Of a stretch of DNA of 64,000 nt, positions 52,346 to 64,000 are shown one piece after another (the first letter of the stretch is position 1; every line of letters starts with the position of its first letter). A model generated the notes under the pieces. That model made no database searches, had not been told where the DNA came from, and worked only from the letters and a program-made list of their open reading frames with translations. Source of the DNA: Octopus bimaculoides. Lineage: Eukaryota. The DNA lies in NCBI RefSeq assembly GCF_001194135.2, contig NC_068983.1:89218849-89282848 (forward strand), read 5' to 3'. Made by a program: the position numbers and the translations under genes.

Positions 52346-53740
52346 CTGTTTGCATTGTGGGAATGGAATTTAGGATTGAAAAGTGTGCTATTTTGATATT
52401 AAAATGGAGAAGATTTGAAGGAAACCAAAGAACTGAAATGCCAAATGGGCAAACAATGAAATCAGTTGTCAAAAGACAGTGGTATAAGTATTTGGGAATA
52501 CTGGGGGTAGATGAAATAAAAAACATGAAGTGATGACGCAAATTGCAAGTAGGGAGTATACAAAGGGAGTGAGAAAAATATAGTCAAGGTTGAATTCAAG
52601 AAATATTATTGACGCAGTTAATTCAAGAGCTGTGCCAGTTATCAGACATGGAGCTGAAACTGTAAATAGGACAAAAGGCAAAATCCACTTGATAGAAAAA
52701 CTAGAAATCTATTGACTATGTATGAAGCCTACTATCCAAAAGCTAATATCAACTGGTTGTATTTGATGAGAGACCAGGGTGGAAGAGTGTGTGCAGATGG
52801 AAAGCACAGAAAAGATATAAAAGTAGTGAATAAAGAACAGGCAACAACAACTGGAAAAGGAGAAAAGGACATAAATGAAATTCAAAGAGAACATGTTGAT
52901 GGGAAACTTTTGCATGGTTGGTTTTGGAAAGCCACTTGGGATGTGTGTATGTGGAACGAAATCCTGGGTTTGGTTAAGAAAAGGGCAATTAAAAAGAGAA
53001 ACAGAGAGCTTTATTATAGTAGCTCAAGATTAAGCACTGCAAACAACTTGAGAAAATATGTGTATGAAGAGAAAGTGTCAGCAAAATGCAGAGTATGTGG
53101 AATTTGGAATGAAGCAATGACGCACATTATTGCAGAATGCCCCACCGTGACCCTGGGAGAATATAAGAAATGGAGACAAGATGAAGTTGTTAAAGTTTTA
53201 CACTAGAGGCTTAGTCAAAAATGGTAGTTTGCAGCAGGAAGTACATGATACAACCATCAGGTAGAAAGAATACTTGAGTCAGAAACATGCAAGATTTTGG
53301 GGATTTTCCTATTTAAATGGAAAAGAAGGAACATAACAAGCTAGATATTACAATAATAGTCAAAGAAAATTGAATCTGCTTACTGATTGATCCATCATGT
53401 TCATTTGATAGGATTGTGAAGAAAGCAGATGAAAAGTTGAAAAATACAGCCCCTTAAAATTTGAGATTGCAAGGATTTGGAACATGAAATCTGTAAAAAT
53501 TGTACCTATAATGATCGGTGCATTAAGAACTATGAGTGATGAAATAGAAAAATGGATAAAGGAGTCTTGAATGGAATGTCCTGTGGAGCTTCTACAGAAG
53601 GTTTGTCACTTAAAATCAGGAAAGGTCATCAGAAAGGTTTTGAGCACTTAATGGCTTGTTGAAATCATACAGATATCTAAGGTTAACAGGAGTAAACCCC
53701 TAACTACATAAATTCTACCAGAAATAAGACCAATAATAAT
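52344..53740 (+). mobile_element. R4/Dong-like LINE 3' half, second subfamily, short (TAA)n tail
   Basis: GMEFRIEKCAIL, YKYLGILGVDEIK, YYPKANINWLYLMRDQGGR, CRVCGIWNEAMTHIIAECP; RLE remnants to ~53640. Confidence 0.8.
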
Positions 53741-54339
53741 ATAAGGGGCAGGCTCTGTGCTGATAATGTGCTACACCAGGCTCTCCATTCAAAAACAAAT
53801 CTAATTTAATAACATCAGTGGAATGGGATAAAGGAACCTGTGGAAGACTTGAAGGAAGCAGCCTTTTAACGAAAATAATCTCCAAAACGAAATTTTACTG
53901 CCATACAAAGCACAGTTTCTCCTATGCACAATGTCTCAGTGAAACATGTGCGAAATACACACGAAATCAAGTTATAAAATAGAAATGGAATAAACAGTAA
54001 GTACGTAAATTGATTATGCATACACTCGAATGTCTACACAATCATATATACATTTTGATACCCATAGGACTACACATAAATCCCAATGTTTACACAACAT
54101 GAAATTTACAGGACACACATACATGCATATGAAAACATGTGTCACAAACAAAGCAAAAAAACAAAAACAAAACAAAACCATTTTTTTTATTTTTTGAAGT
54201 AACACAGAGTGAACAATTCATGAGTTTAAAAACACCACAAAAAACTATGCCTGGAGATAAATCTATTGACAAATAAATACAGACGAATACAGATCTGTTA
54301 GCCTTAAGAAGCCACATTACAAGTAATGTTTTCATTCAG

Positions 54340-56880
54340 AGAACTTGGAGGCAGTGTTGTCTCAAAAAATTAACCCTAAACAGACAGATCCATCCCCTAA
54401 TGTCAACGTCCAAGTTCATCATGCCTCACAAACTAGATTAGTTGTCACCCAGATCACCAAGGGCCGCATACCCAAGTGATGAACCAGATTGGGTATAAAA
54501 AATCAGATACTGATTCAAATCTTCCCGAAACACAGGAGCTGGAAGTACCACACAACTCAAATATTCCAACAGATGGTTATCCATGCTTGTTATCAAATGA
54601 CCAAAAGAAAAAGAATGAAAAATGGTCTAGGAGAGATAATGAAGTTTTTAAGACCTTCTATCATGCCATGTATTTCCCCACAAATGTATCTAATGCTGTA
54701 CAAACCTACTTAAACTGGAGACAGAAATACCTTGAAGTAAGACCCTACATAGACAGTAACAAACTTGCCAACGTCAGAAAGAACATTATGAAAAAGTAAT
54801 TACTAACTGAATTAGAGATTGATCAAATTAAACAATCAATAAAGGATAAAAGGAATGAAGTTGCAACTAAAAAAGATACTACAGAGGATATAATTATAGA
54901 CCAACCCAGGTCTGATGAAAATGCAATAATGATTGAAAGAGTTAATGTAATTGATAAGCAAAGTGAAATACTCTCTGAACCAACCATAAACACTAAGGCA
55001 GATGAAAATCAAATAGATGAAGAAAGTCACACAGAAATTGACCTAACTGAACTACATGATCTAAAAAATAAATCATGATTGAATGGCTGAAAATTAAAGA
55101 AACCAGTATGAATGAATGTGACACTTTCCCAAAAATTTGCAATTCTAACCAAAACCTGAAAGTAATTGGTAAAATCCGCCTAGCACTTATTGATATAATT
55201 TCAGCTAATGATGTTGATATTACATATCTCAACTACCTGTACTATGCAACCGCAAAAATCTCAACAATTCTATGTGGTGAAAAGATTAGAAAACGACAAC
55301 ATTCACACAAAAAGCCTTCATGGCAAGAGCATATTCAACACCAAATTCAGGTACTTAGGTCTGACATAGAATGTTTAAAAACTCATAAGTTTGACAAGAC
55401 TATCAAACCAACGAAAATCTGAAAATTACAGAAAAAATATATGAAAACCATACTTGACATCGATAGCACCATAGAAACTATCAAGCAAAAGGGTAAGCCG
55501 CCTGCATAGCAAAGTATGCAAAGCGTATTAAATTCTTCAAGGACAACATGTTAAAAAATAACCCCAAAAATTTTTACAAGAAGATAGGGAAAATACCAGT
55601 TACAGCAAAGTAAAGTCCCATCAAAATTTTTACAGGAAGATAGGGAAAATACCAGTTACAGTAAAGTAAAGTTCCATCAAAAGAAGAAGTGAAAGAATTT
55701 TGGAATAAAATTTGGGCAGAAGGAAAAAACACACAATGATTGATAGACTCCTTAGAAGAGCAAAAGTATCAATGTAGAGAATGCAAAATCTGCTTTCAAG
55801 AAGTCAAACAAATGGAAGTCTCCAGGAAAGGATAAAATTCCTAACTTCTGGTTGAATGCCTTCCCAGAGAGCCATGAACTGCTAACAAAACTTTACAACA
55901 ATGTTTTGCAACAATCTAGTACGATTCCCTCTGACAATGTATAAAATACTAATATCTGTCTTGACTGAATATGCCTATAGTTTTTTTAATAGAAAGTGGC
56001 ATATTCCTTAATGAGCAAAAAGGATGTAAACATAGGTCCTATGGTTGTAAAGATTGGCTACTCATTTTGAAAGAGTGTCACAAACAAGCCTGGATAGACT
56101 ATAAAAATGCTTTTGATAGTCTACCACATAGCTGGATTAAGAAGTGTCTGGAAATGTATAAAATAGCACCTTCTCTGCAAATCTTCTTGTCTGTAAGTAT
56201 GAGATCATGGAGAACATGACTTTGAACAGTGACAATGAATCTCCTCAATGCTGGAAATGTAAAATTTTCCACTCCTCATTTGTCTAGCCCTAATGCCTCT
56301 CTCAAAATCGCTCGATGATGTACAATACAGCTATAAAATGTTTGGTAAAAATATAAATCACCTCATTTACATGGATGATTTAAAGCTCTTTGCATAAAAT
56401 GACCAACAACTACAGGGCTTACTAGCGATTGTTAAACAATTCAAAGATGACATCAGGATGCAATTTGGCCTCGATAAATGTGCAAAAGCTATCTTTATCA
56501 AAGGAAAAATGACAGAAAAGTCCAATGTTAATCTTGACCAGCAAAATGTCATAAAGGAATTAGAAGCAGCAGAGAGCTACAAATACCTAGGGGTATTTGA
56601 AGGTGATGGAATCAAACATTCAGTGATGAGGGAAAGGATCAGAAGAGACTGTTATCACTGGGTAAGGGCAATACTCTAGACAAAGCTGAATGCAAGAAAC
56701 AGGATTGAAGCAATCAATATTTTAGCCATACTGGTTGTGACTTACAGTTTCAATATCATAAACTGACCAATTACTGAAATATGTAATCTTGATAGAAAAA
56801 TACGAAAATTGTTGACAATGCATAGAATGCACCACCCTAAGACAGATACAGAACGACTTTACCTGTCAAGAAAAGGTCCC
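54340..56880 (+). mobile_element. R4/Dong-like LINE, 5' region to RT thumb, 3'-truncated
   Basis: N-terminal KWSRRDNE...YIDSNKLANVRKNI; RT EQKGC...WIDYKNAFDSLPHSWI, NHLIYMDDLKLF, QFGLDKCAK, YKYLG, HHPKTDTERLYL. Confidence 0.85.
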
Positions 56881-57044
56881 ACATTATTATTGATATTTTC
56901 AACTGCTACAGGTAGAACGATGGTGATAATGATAATTACTGTGGTTATGGAGATGATTCAATGCAAGCACGTTATTTATATACATGTGTAGTACATACAT
57001 GTGCACATGTATATACAAATAAAGAGAGAAAGAGAAAGATTGGA

Positions 57045-60000
57045 TCTCAACAACAACTCTCGTGGGAACCCCATGATTGACTCATGAAATCATGATGCAA
57101 CACAACAATGAAAGAATTAACGGTGAGAATGGAGCTATAGCCGATCATGGTGAAGGTTTCCCACCTGGCACATCTGAAACTGCCAGCAGCAGGGGCAGTG
57201 ATCTGGCTTCGGACGGTCGTTATGTCACAACAGATCACATACACGGTGTACACTAGAACAGACATAAGTGGACAAAGGAAGAGTACAATACACTTATTGA
57301 ATGTCATAAAAGAGCAAAGCTGGAAAGAAGTCATGGAGTAGGCTAACATACCTTGAAATTTTGGATGGAAAAGGACATGTGTCTAATATCAAAAAATAAA
57401 CTAATGAACCAAGTGAGAGTGATTAGGAGGAAGGATTACTTAACTGAAGCAGAAATATCTCAGATAAGTTAGAGTCTGAGAGACCCTGCAGATAGGCTAC
57501 AAAGGATGGTTGGAGTTGAAAACAGAGAGAAGAGTAAACAGGAAGAACAGGGAAATGGTTGGGGCTGTTAAGGATGAGGAACAGGAACGTTATACAGTGA
57601 ACCCTAATACTATGGTGGGTGAACATGCAGGGGAAATGAACCAACTATATGATGAATTGCTTGAAATTCAAAGATGACTCATCGACTTGATGAATGCTCC
57701 AGAAGAAAAATCCCCATGAATATGAGAAGGGTAGATAGGAGTATGATAAATAAAGTAACACGAAAGATAAATACTGTCATACCATACATCCAGACAGAGG
57801 ACATAACACAAACAAGGAATCTTCTTCAAGCTACTGCACTACTTGTTGAGGAGAAATTACAACTTAAGAGAACAAAAAATGCAAGAGCAAAAGAACCATG
57901 GTGGAAACGATGCATTGAAAGGGATATAATTGAAAAAGATATAATGCAGGCAAGATCTAGGAAAAATTGAGCAACAGTTAAGAGGAAACTGGAAAAATGG
58001 GAAAAAGACCAACCAAGAAAAATTAGAGAAGAAATATAAAATACGGAATAATGGGTTTGATGCAGTAATAGAGCAGTTAAAACAGAGGATCATGGCAAAA
58101 AGCCAGAAGATCAGAAGATTTGTGAACAGAAATAAGCAGTTTGAGGAGAACAGATTGTTAAAAAATAACCTGAAACAATTCTTCCGAACGTTAGAAGGAG
58201 ACAATGTGGAAAATGTTGCTCCTGATGCAAATCAAGCCAAGGAGTTCTGGAGTGGATTATGGGGAAACAGTGTGATTCATAAAAGGGATGCAATGTGGAT
58301 AGGAACTATCAAGACAGAAGTACAAGGAGGAAAGAAACAAAGGAATAATGTCATAAGCATGGCTGATGTGAAAGAACAAGTGGGTAAAGTGCCTAACTGG
58401 AAAGCCACCCCCCATCAGACGGGATTCATGGCTTTTAGCTGAAGAGATGCCATGCAGTGCATGAAAGACTAGCAGCCCAATTGAATGAGTGTGTCCAGAA
58501 AGGTACAGTCCCCACATGGATGGTGATTGGGAGGACAACACTTATAATGAAAGATAGAAGAAAGGGGAATATTGTGGGAAACTACCATCCCATAGCATGC
58601 CTAAACATAATCTGGAAGACACTCACTGGAATATGTACAGCAAAGACATACTTTCCTGGCACAGGAAGAAATACTACCAAGGGAACAAAAAGGATGTAGG
58701 AAGAGTTCTCAGGGTACCAAGGATCACCTGGTCATCAATAAAGCAGTTTTGAGGCATTGTAAAAAACATATAAACATGTCTATGGCTAGGATTGACTTTA
58801 AGAAGGCATATGATATGATGCCTCATTCTTGGATTGTTGAATGCCTGCAGATGTTTGGTGTTGCTGACAATATCACAAATTTTCTGATGCATAGCATGAA
58901 ANNNNNNNNNNGATGTTTGGTGTTGCTGACAATATCACAAATTTTCTGATGCATAGCATGAAAGAGTAGAAAACCAAATTGTACTCAAGTAATGTATTCC
59001 TTGGAGAAGTTAATATTAAAAGGAGCATCTTCTAAGGTGACTTGTTTTCTTTGTTACTATGTGTAATTGCACAAATACCCCTAACAATGACACTTAAGAA
59101 AGTTAAGATGGGTTGCCGATGTGGGAAGAAAAGCCCATCATTGAACTATCTTCTGTTTATGGATGACCTGAAATTGTTTGGGAAATCTGAAAAACAGATA
59201 GATTCCTTAACTAAAACAGTCCAGAAGTGTGGTAGGGACACCGGTATGGAATTTGGGTTTACCAAGTGTTCAGAAAAGAGGGAAGAAAGCAGCCTGCAGA
59301 GGATTGCAGTTACCATCAGGAGAGACAATGGGTGAACCCGACAGTTGTGGGAAAAGATATTTAGGGATTTTGGAGCTGGATGGCATTCTACACAGAGAAA
59401 TGAAAGTCAAGGTCAGTGAGGCGTATCAAAAAAGGGTGAAGATGGTGTTGAAATCTACCCTGAATGCCAAAAATTTGATTACTGCAATGAATATCTGGGT
59501 AGTTATGGTGGTCAGATATAGTGTGTCCATCCTCAAATGGACTAAGGAGGAAATATCAACACTGGATAGAAGGACAAGAAAGTTGATGACGCTGCATGGG
59601 GCACTACACCCTAAAGCAAATGTAAACAGACTGTATATGAAAAGAAAGAATGGTGGCAGAGGACTAATTACTATAGACCATTGTATAAGGAGTGAAAGGA
59701 GAACACTTGCCGAGTATTTGATAAATAGTGATGAAGACCTGCTGTCATATGCCACGAAAGATATGGGGATAATTGCAGATGAAATGATGGTCAAGGAAGA
59801 GTTTAACCAAAGAGCTGAGGAGAAGAGAAAAGAAGGCCTTCTTGAAATGAGAATGCATGGACAGTTTGAAAAGAATACACAGGACGTTAAGGATAATACA
59901 GCATCGTGGGCATGGCCTGAGCGAGGTGATTTGAAGCATACTACTGAAAGCCTGATCATTGCTGCACAAGACTAGGCTCTTGCTACCAATTCGGTGGAGT

Positions 60001-60691
60001 TTAGCATCTATAATACTTCTGACACTCAGAAATGCAGACTCTGTGGAAAGAGTGAGGAAAATGTGACCTACTTGGTAAGTGGATGAAAGAACCTTGCACT
60101 AAGAGAATACAAGTGCTGCCATGATAAAATGTGTATCTTCATTGGTTTTTATGCTGTAAATACCAATATGAAGTAACAGAGAACTGGTATGAGCATGTAC
60201 TAAATAAAGTTATGCAGGAGGATGGAAAAGTAGCGATACTCTGGGGCTATAATTTTTAGACGGATCGTGTAATCGAACACTGTCACCCAGATATTGTCAC
60301 ATTGAATAAGAGAGACAAATACTGTCAGATCATTGATGTAGCCATACCAAGTTACATGAATGTTGTGAGTAAAGAGGTTAAAAAAAATCACCAAGTACTC
60401 CAAACTGAAAGTGGAAATGGCAAGACTGTATGGAATGCAAGAGAGTAATGTAAAAATGATACCAGTGGTGATCGGAGTGTTGGGCTCAATCCCAATGAAA
60501 CTTCAAAACTTCTTAAGGCAACTGGAAATCTCATGCAAGATTGATGTCTTGCAAAAAGCAGCCTTACTGGGCACAGTGCACATCTTAAAGAAAGTATTAT
60601 CTGTCTGAGGTCATTGTTGTGATTTGACAGATGACTATAGACTTCGGTGAATTTTTACCTACACTGTATTACAAAGGAATAATAATAATAA
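57045..60691 (+). mobile_element. Near full-length, disrupted R4/Dong-like LINE (N-terminal domain, RT, CCHC, RLE, (TAA)4 tail)
   Basis: RHKWTKEEY; KEPWWKR; YHPIACL; [15 protein letters not shown]; LLFMDDLKLF; YLGILE; HPKANVNRLYMKRKNGGRGL; IIAAQD; CRLCGKSEENV; HPDIV..IIDVAIP; ILKKVLSV* then 3' UTR and aataataataata. Confidence 0.9.
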
Positions 60692-63600
60692 CTAGCGGGA
60701 CCTATGAATATTTCATGGAATTAAGGTAAACCTATTGGGTTATTTCTGAAAACTTTATCCAAAAAACCTGAAAGTGTAGCCTGTATTGTGTCCGTATGGA
60801 AAGACAGTCGCTCATCTACTACTCTTTGAAGTTAAGGGGAGCTGTTATATGGTTTCTTGGCCTACTAGAAATAATATACAAATCCCCATCAACCATGCTT
60901 GCCATCTTTCAAAAAAGGACACTTTAGATAATGTAATCACTGATATATAAAGACTTCATGCTTATGGCTGAAATGCCTTTGGTTGTTAACTTTACTGACT
61001 TGGGGCTAACATCAACAGCCTCCTTCTTCTACTTCCTATTGTACACATGGGTCCAAACACTATAATATCAAACCTGCTTTGAGTTGATCAAAAATAAACT
61101 CTATAAGATGTTATTCTTCATAGGCTGTCAGTAGGGAGCTTAAATTCTTTTTTTACACAAAAAACTATGCAGTAAGGAGTGTGTACAAATTGCTAAAGCC
61201 ACACTCAGTATTTTTGCCGTACCAGTAACAAAATAAACAACTGCTACACTAATGAAAAAATCAAACAGTAAGAAAAATAAGAATACAGAAGAGAAGTATA
61301 GAAGCAGCAACAACATCAGTAAGAAAGCTTGGAATTTGTATACTGTGACTTCTTATCAACCACTACAGTAAAAAGACAAAAGAAAAAAAACCATCTGCAA
61401 CAACAAGAGCCCATCAACTTAGTATATCTTGTTTAGGGTACTGAGTATCTCATCATAAGAAACAGTACAAAGATGACCAAAGCTTAAATACCAACAATCC
61501 TTCCTTTGGACTAGAATACTATGGAGAGAGATGCAGTTCACTGTTGTAGGCAGGAGAATCATTATATAATTGACAAAGTCAATGCTGATAGTTCTCAAAG
61601 CCTCCTGCAGAGGAAGCCTATGTGGCAAAATCCTGATATTATAACAAAAGTCAGAATTGTCAAACTTCAGAAGCCCTGAGTCAACTTACTGCTGGGGGAT
61701 CTATTATTCCGCGAATCTATCTCAACCAGTTTGATAGTGATTCAGCATGAGATACATGGTCAGAGTGGTAATTGGCCTAGCTAGTACAGACAACTAAAGC
61801 ACAGCTTCATGCATTCAAACTGATAAACAACAATGATCAGAGAAGTAACTACTATTAAATGAAAACAAGACAGCAACAAAGAAAACTACAAGGGGAAAAA
61901 AAGAGTAGATATGGGCAATGATGACACAAAACACTATCAAAGAAAAAAAGAAAGAAAAAATTTGACATCTAAATTGCAGAAATCTGTAATCGAGATATAC
62001 TACTTGCGACAACCATATTGATTTGTTTATTCATGTATGAAATAAATATGCAAATCATTTCTAGAATCTTCACAGATATTCTAATTACAGAGAATACACA
62101 CATACACACACACACTACACACACACACATACTACACACACACATACTACACACACACACACATGTATGTATGTATCCATCCCTTAACAAATAAACAAAT
62201 AAAAAATTTTAAATGCATATATAAATAAAAACAAAATATCCTAATTACAGAGATGAGAAAATAATAAAATCTAATAAATAAATAAAAAAATACATGAATA
62301 AATTTTTAGTAAATATCCTAATTACAGAGTCAAAATTATATATAATATAAAAACATAAAATAAAATCAATGAATTCATCACCATTATTTTTATTTTTCCC
62401 CCTTAGTATTTCTTTCAATATGTAGGCTGGTTATTTATGACTTTTCACTGATATGGGAATGATAATATTGGTCAAGCAGAGAGTATTAAACTTCGCTCAC
62501 AAGCCAGACAGCCCTTTGATGGACTTGAATTCAATACTGCTTGCTCATGAAACATTAATTAGACCATGGTCCAATTTTTTATTGTGATATCTACCTTTCA
62601 TATACAGTTGAGAGTTCAAATATCCTGCAGATGTTTCACTGTTTCTGTATAGAACACATTATTTTACATAGCTTCAGTTCACCTAGCTACCAGTGGCTAA
62701 TAGGTTCCCAGTCATCTGTTATAAGGTTCGTATCCTATTCAGGGAGGCATTTATTTCTCATCTACTTGATGACAAGAGGCTGGAGCTAAGTTTTGATATT
62801 TGAAGGATCCTCAGAGGTGTGAAGACATTTACATTTTATTACATAGCATTACACATTACCGATTTACGTTATCTGTTAACAGCTAGAGGGACTGAGCCAG
62901 AGAAAGTTGTCTTGGCTGCAAACACAAAACAATAGCAAATACAAAATATGAGCAAGTAACCTTTTCATCAGTAGTATCATATTCTATCTACTAAACTAAG
63001 TGAGTCTCTCTACTGTAAGGTGGGCAGTTGGCAGAAACAGTACAGTGCTTAACAAAATACATTAGTTTTTAATCTCATATCTCTATATTCTGTATTCTCG
63101 TCTTTTCCTAATCTCACTTTAGATTCTCTTCATCTGAAGTTGATAAAAAAAAAAAAAAATGTACCAGCATTACTAAGATTATTTCAGTCAGCTACATCCC
63201 CTTCAGATAAATATTTACCTCATGTTTAACAAAGGTTTTTAGTATATGGCTCAAAACAAAAATTGCTTAAGTATTTTTCTAAATGCCGTACAGTATTTAT
63301 TTTCCTCCCAGAAAGATCTGAGTTTACATTTGCCTTTCCATTACCCTTCATCTTATCAATAGGTATTGAAATATTTATTGACATTTCTCTTAAAGACAAA
63401 AATGGCAATCAAGATAATAGTGTACATGGAAAACATCACTGGTGCTGAAGTTTATTTGTAACTAAGATATTTACTTGATTGCTGTTGCTTGGCCTCATGT
63501 CAGTTCTGAACAAGGAGACTTAAGATCAAAGGCATTCTAATCAAGACAGTTTTATCTACAATAGACAAAATATATTATTTCTTTCTTAAGGTGGTAGGAA

Positions 63601-64000
63601 ATAATTTAAGGAAAATTTGGCTGATATTTCTAGCAGGTTGAGCCACCACATAGAGGTTACCTCATTATATTAATACAACAGGGTAGTATAATTTACTGCT
63701 GCTTTCAGCAGCATTTGCACATAAAACTGAAGAGTAATTCCTCAACTTGCAATACTGAATTCAATTTCCAACAGGAAAAGTTTCTTGTTTGTAGATTAAC
63801 ATCCAAATATATAAAACAGATTTTCCCCTTTAATCTTTGGACCAGAGTAGAGTGGGGTCCCTAAAGTAAGTACCAGTAATATACTTCAGTTGACGAAGTC
63901 AACCTATGCCCAACTGGTCTAGAGAAACTGACAGTTAACAAGATAAAAAAAAAATCAATGCCAACAATATCCCTAAAAAAACTTTTGAAAGGTATGTTAT

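Noticed and set aside
58850-58965. 52-bp direct repeat flanking the 10-N gap at 58902-58911
   Set aside because: Typical unmerged contig overlap, an assembly artefact.
59426-59959. 177-aa minus-strand ORF
   Set aside because: Antisense to the RLE-LINE thumb region.

Overview
AT-rich, microsatellite- and transposon-dense animal genomic DNA. The SINE/LINE families look like those of an Octopus-type cephalopod draft assembly (inference); there are six N-gaps. One host protein-coding gene is supported: a minus-strand CSPG4/NG2 (kon-tiki/perdido) orthologue. It has two very large coding exons (24374-19782 and 13134-10412) that splice in frame and encode 2 laminin-G domains, an EGF-like motif, CSPG repeats, a TM helix and a C-terminal QYWV PDZ-binding motif. 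Its signal-peptide exon is only tentatively placed at 33827-33713. Most of the rest is mobile DNA: RTE LINEs whose 3' UTR carries a ~66-bp tandem hairpin array, R4/Dong-like restriction-endonuclease LINEs tied to (TAA)n tracts (including a same-strand cluster at 50-61 kb), an L1/Tx1 LINE, a hAT element with intact TIRs/8-bp TSD, two deleted mariners, a piggyBac-type MITE, a solo-LTR-like insert, tRNA-derived SINEs and several long palindromes. No CRISPR array, rRNA or intact tRNA gene was found. Element boundaries without TSD/TIR evidence are approximate, read by eye.
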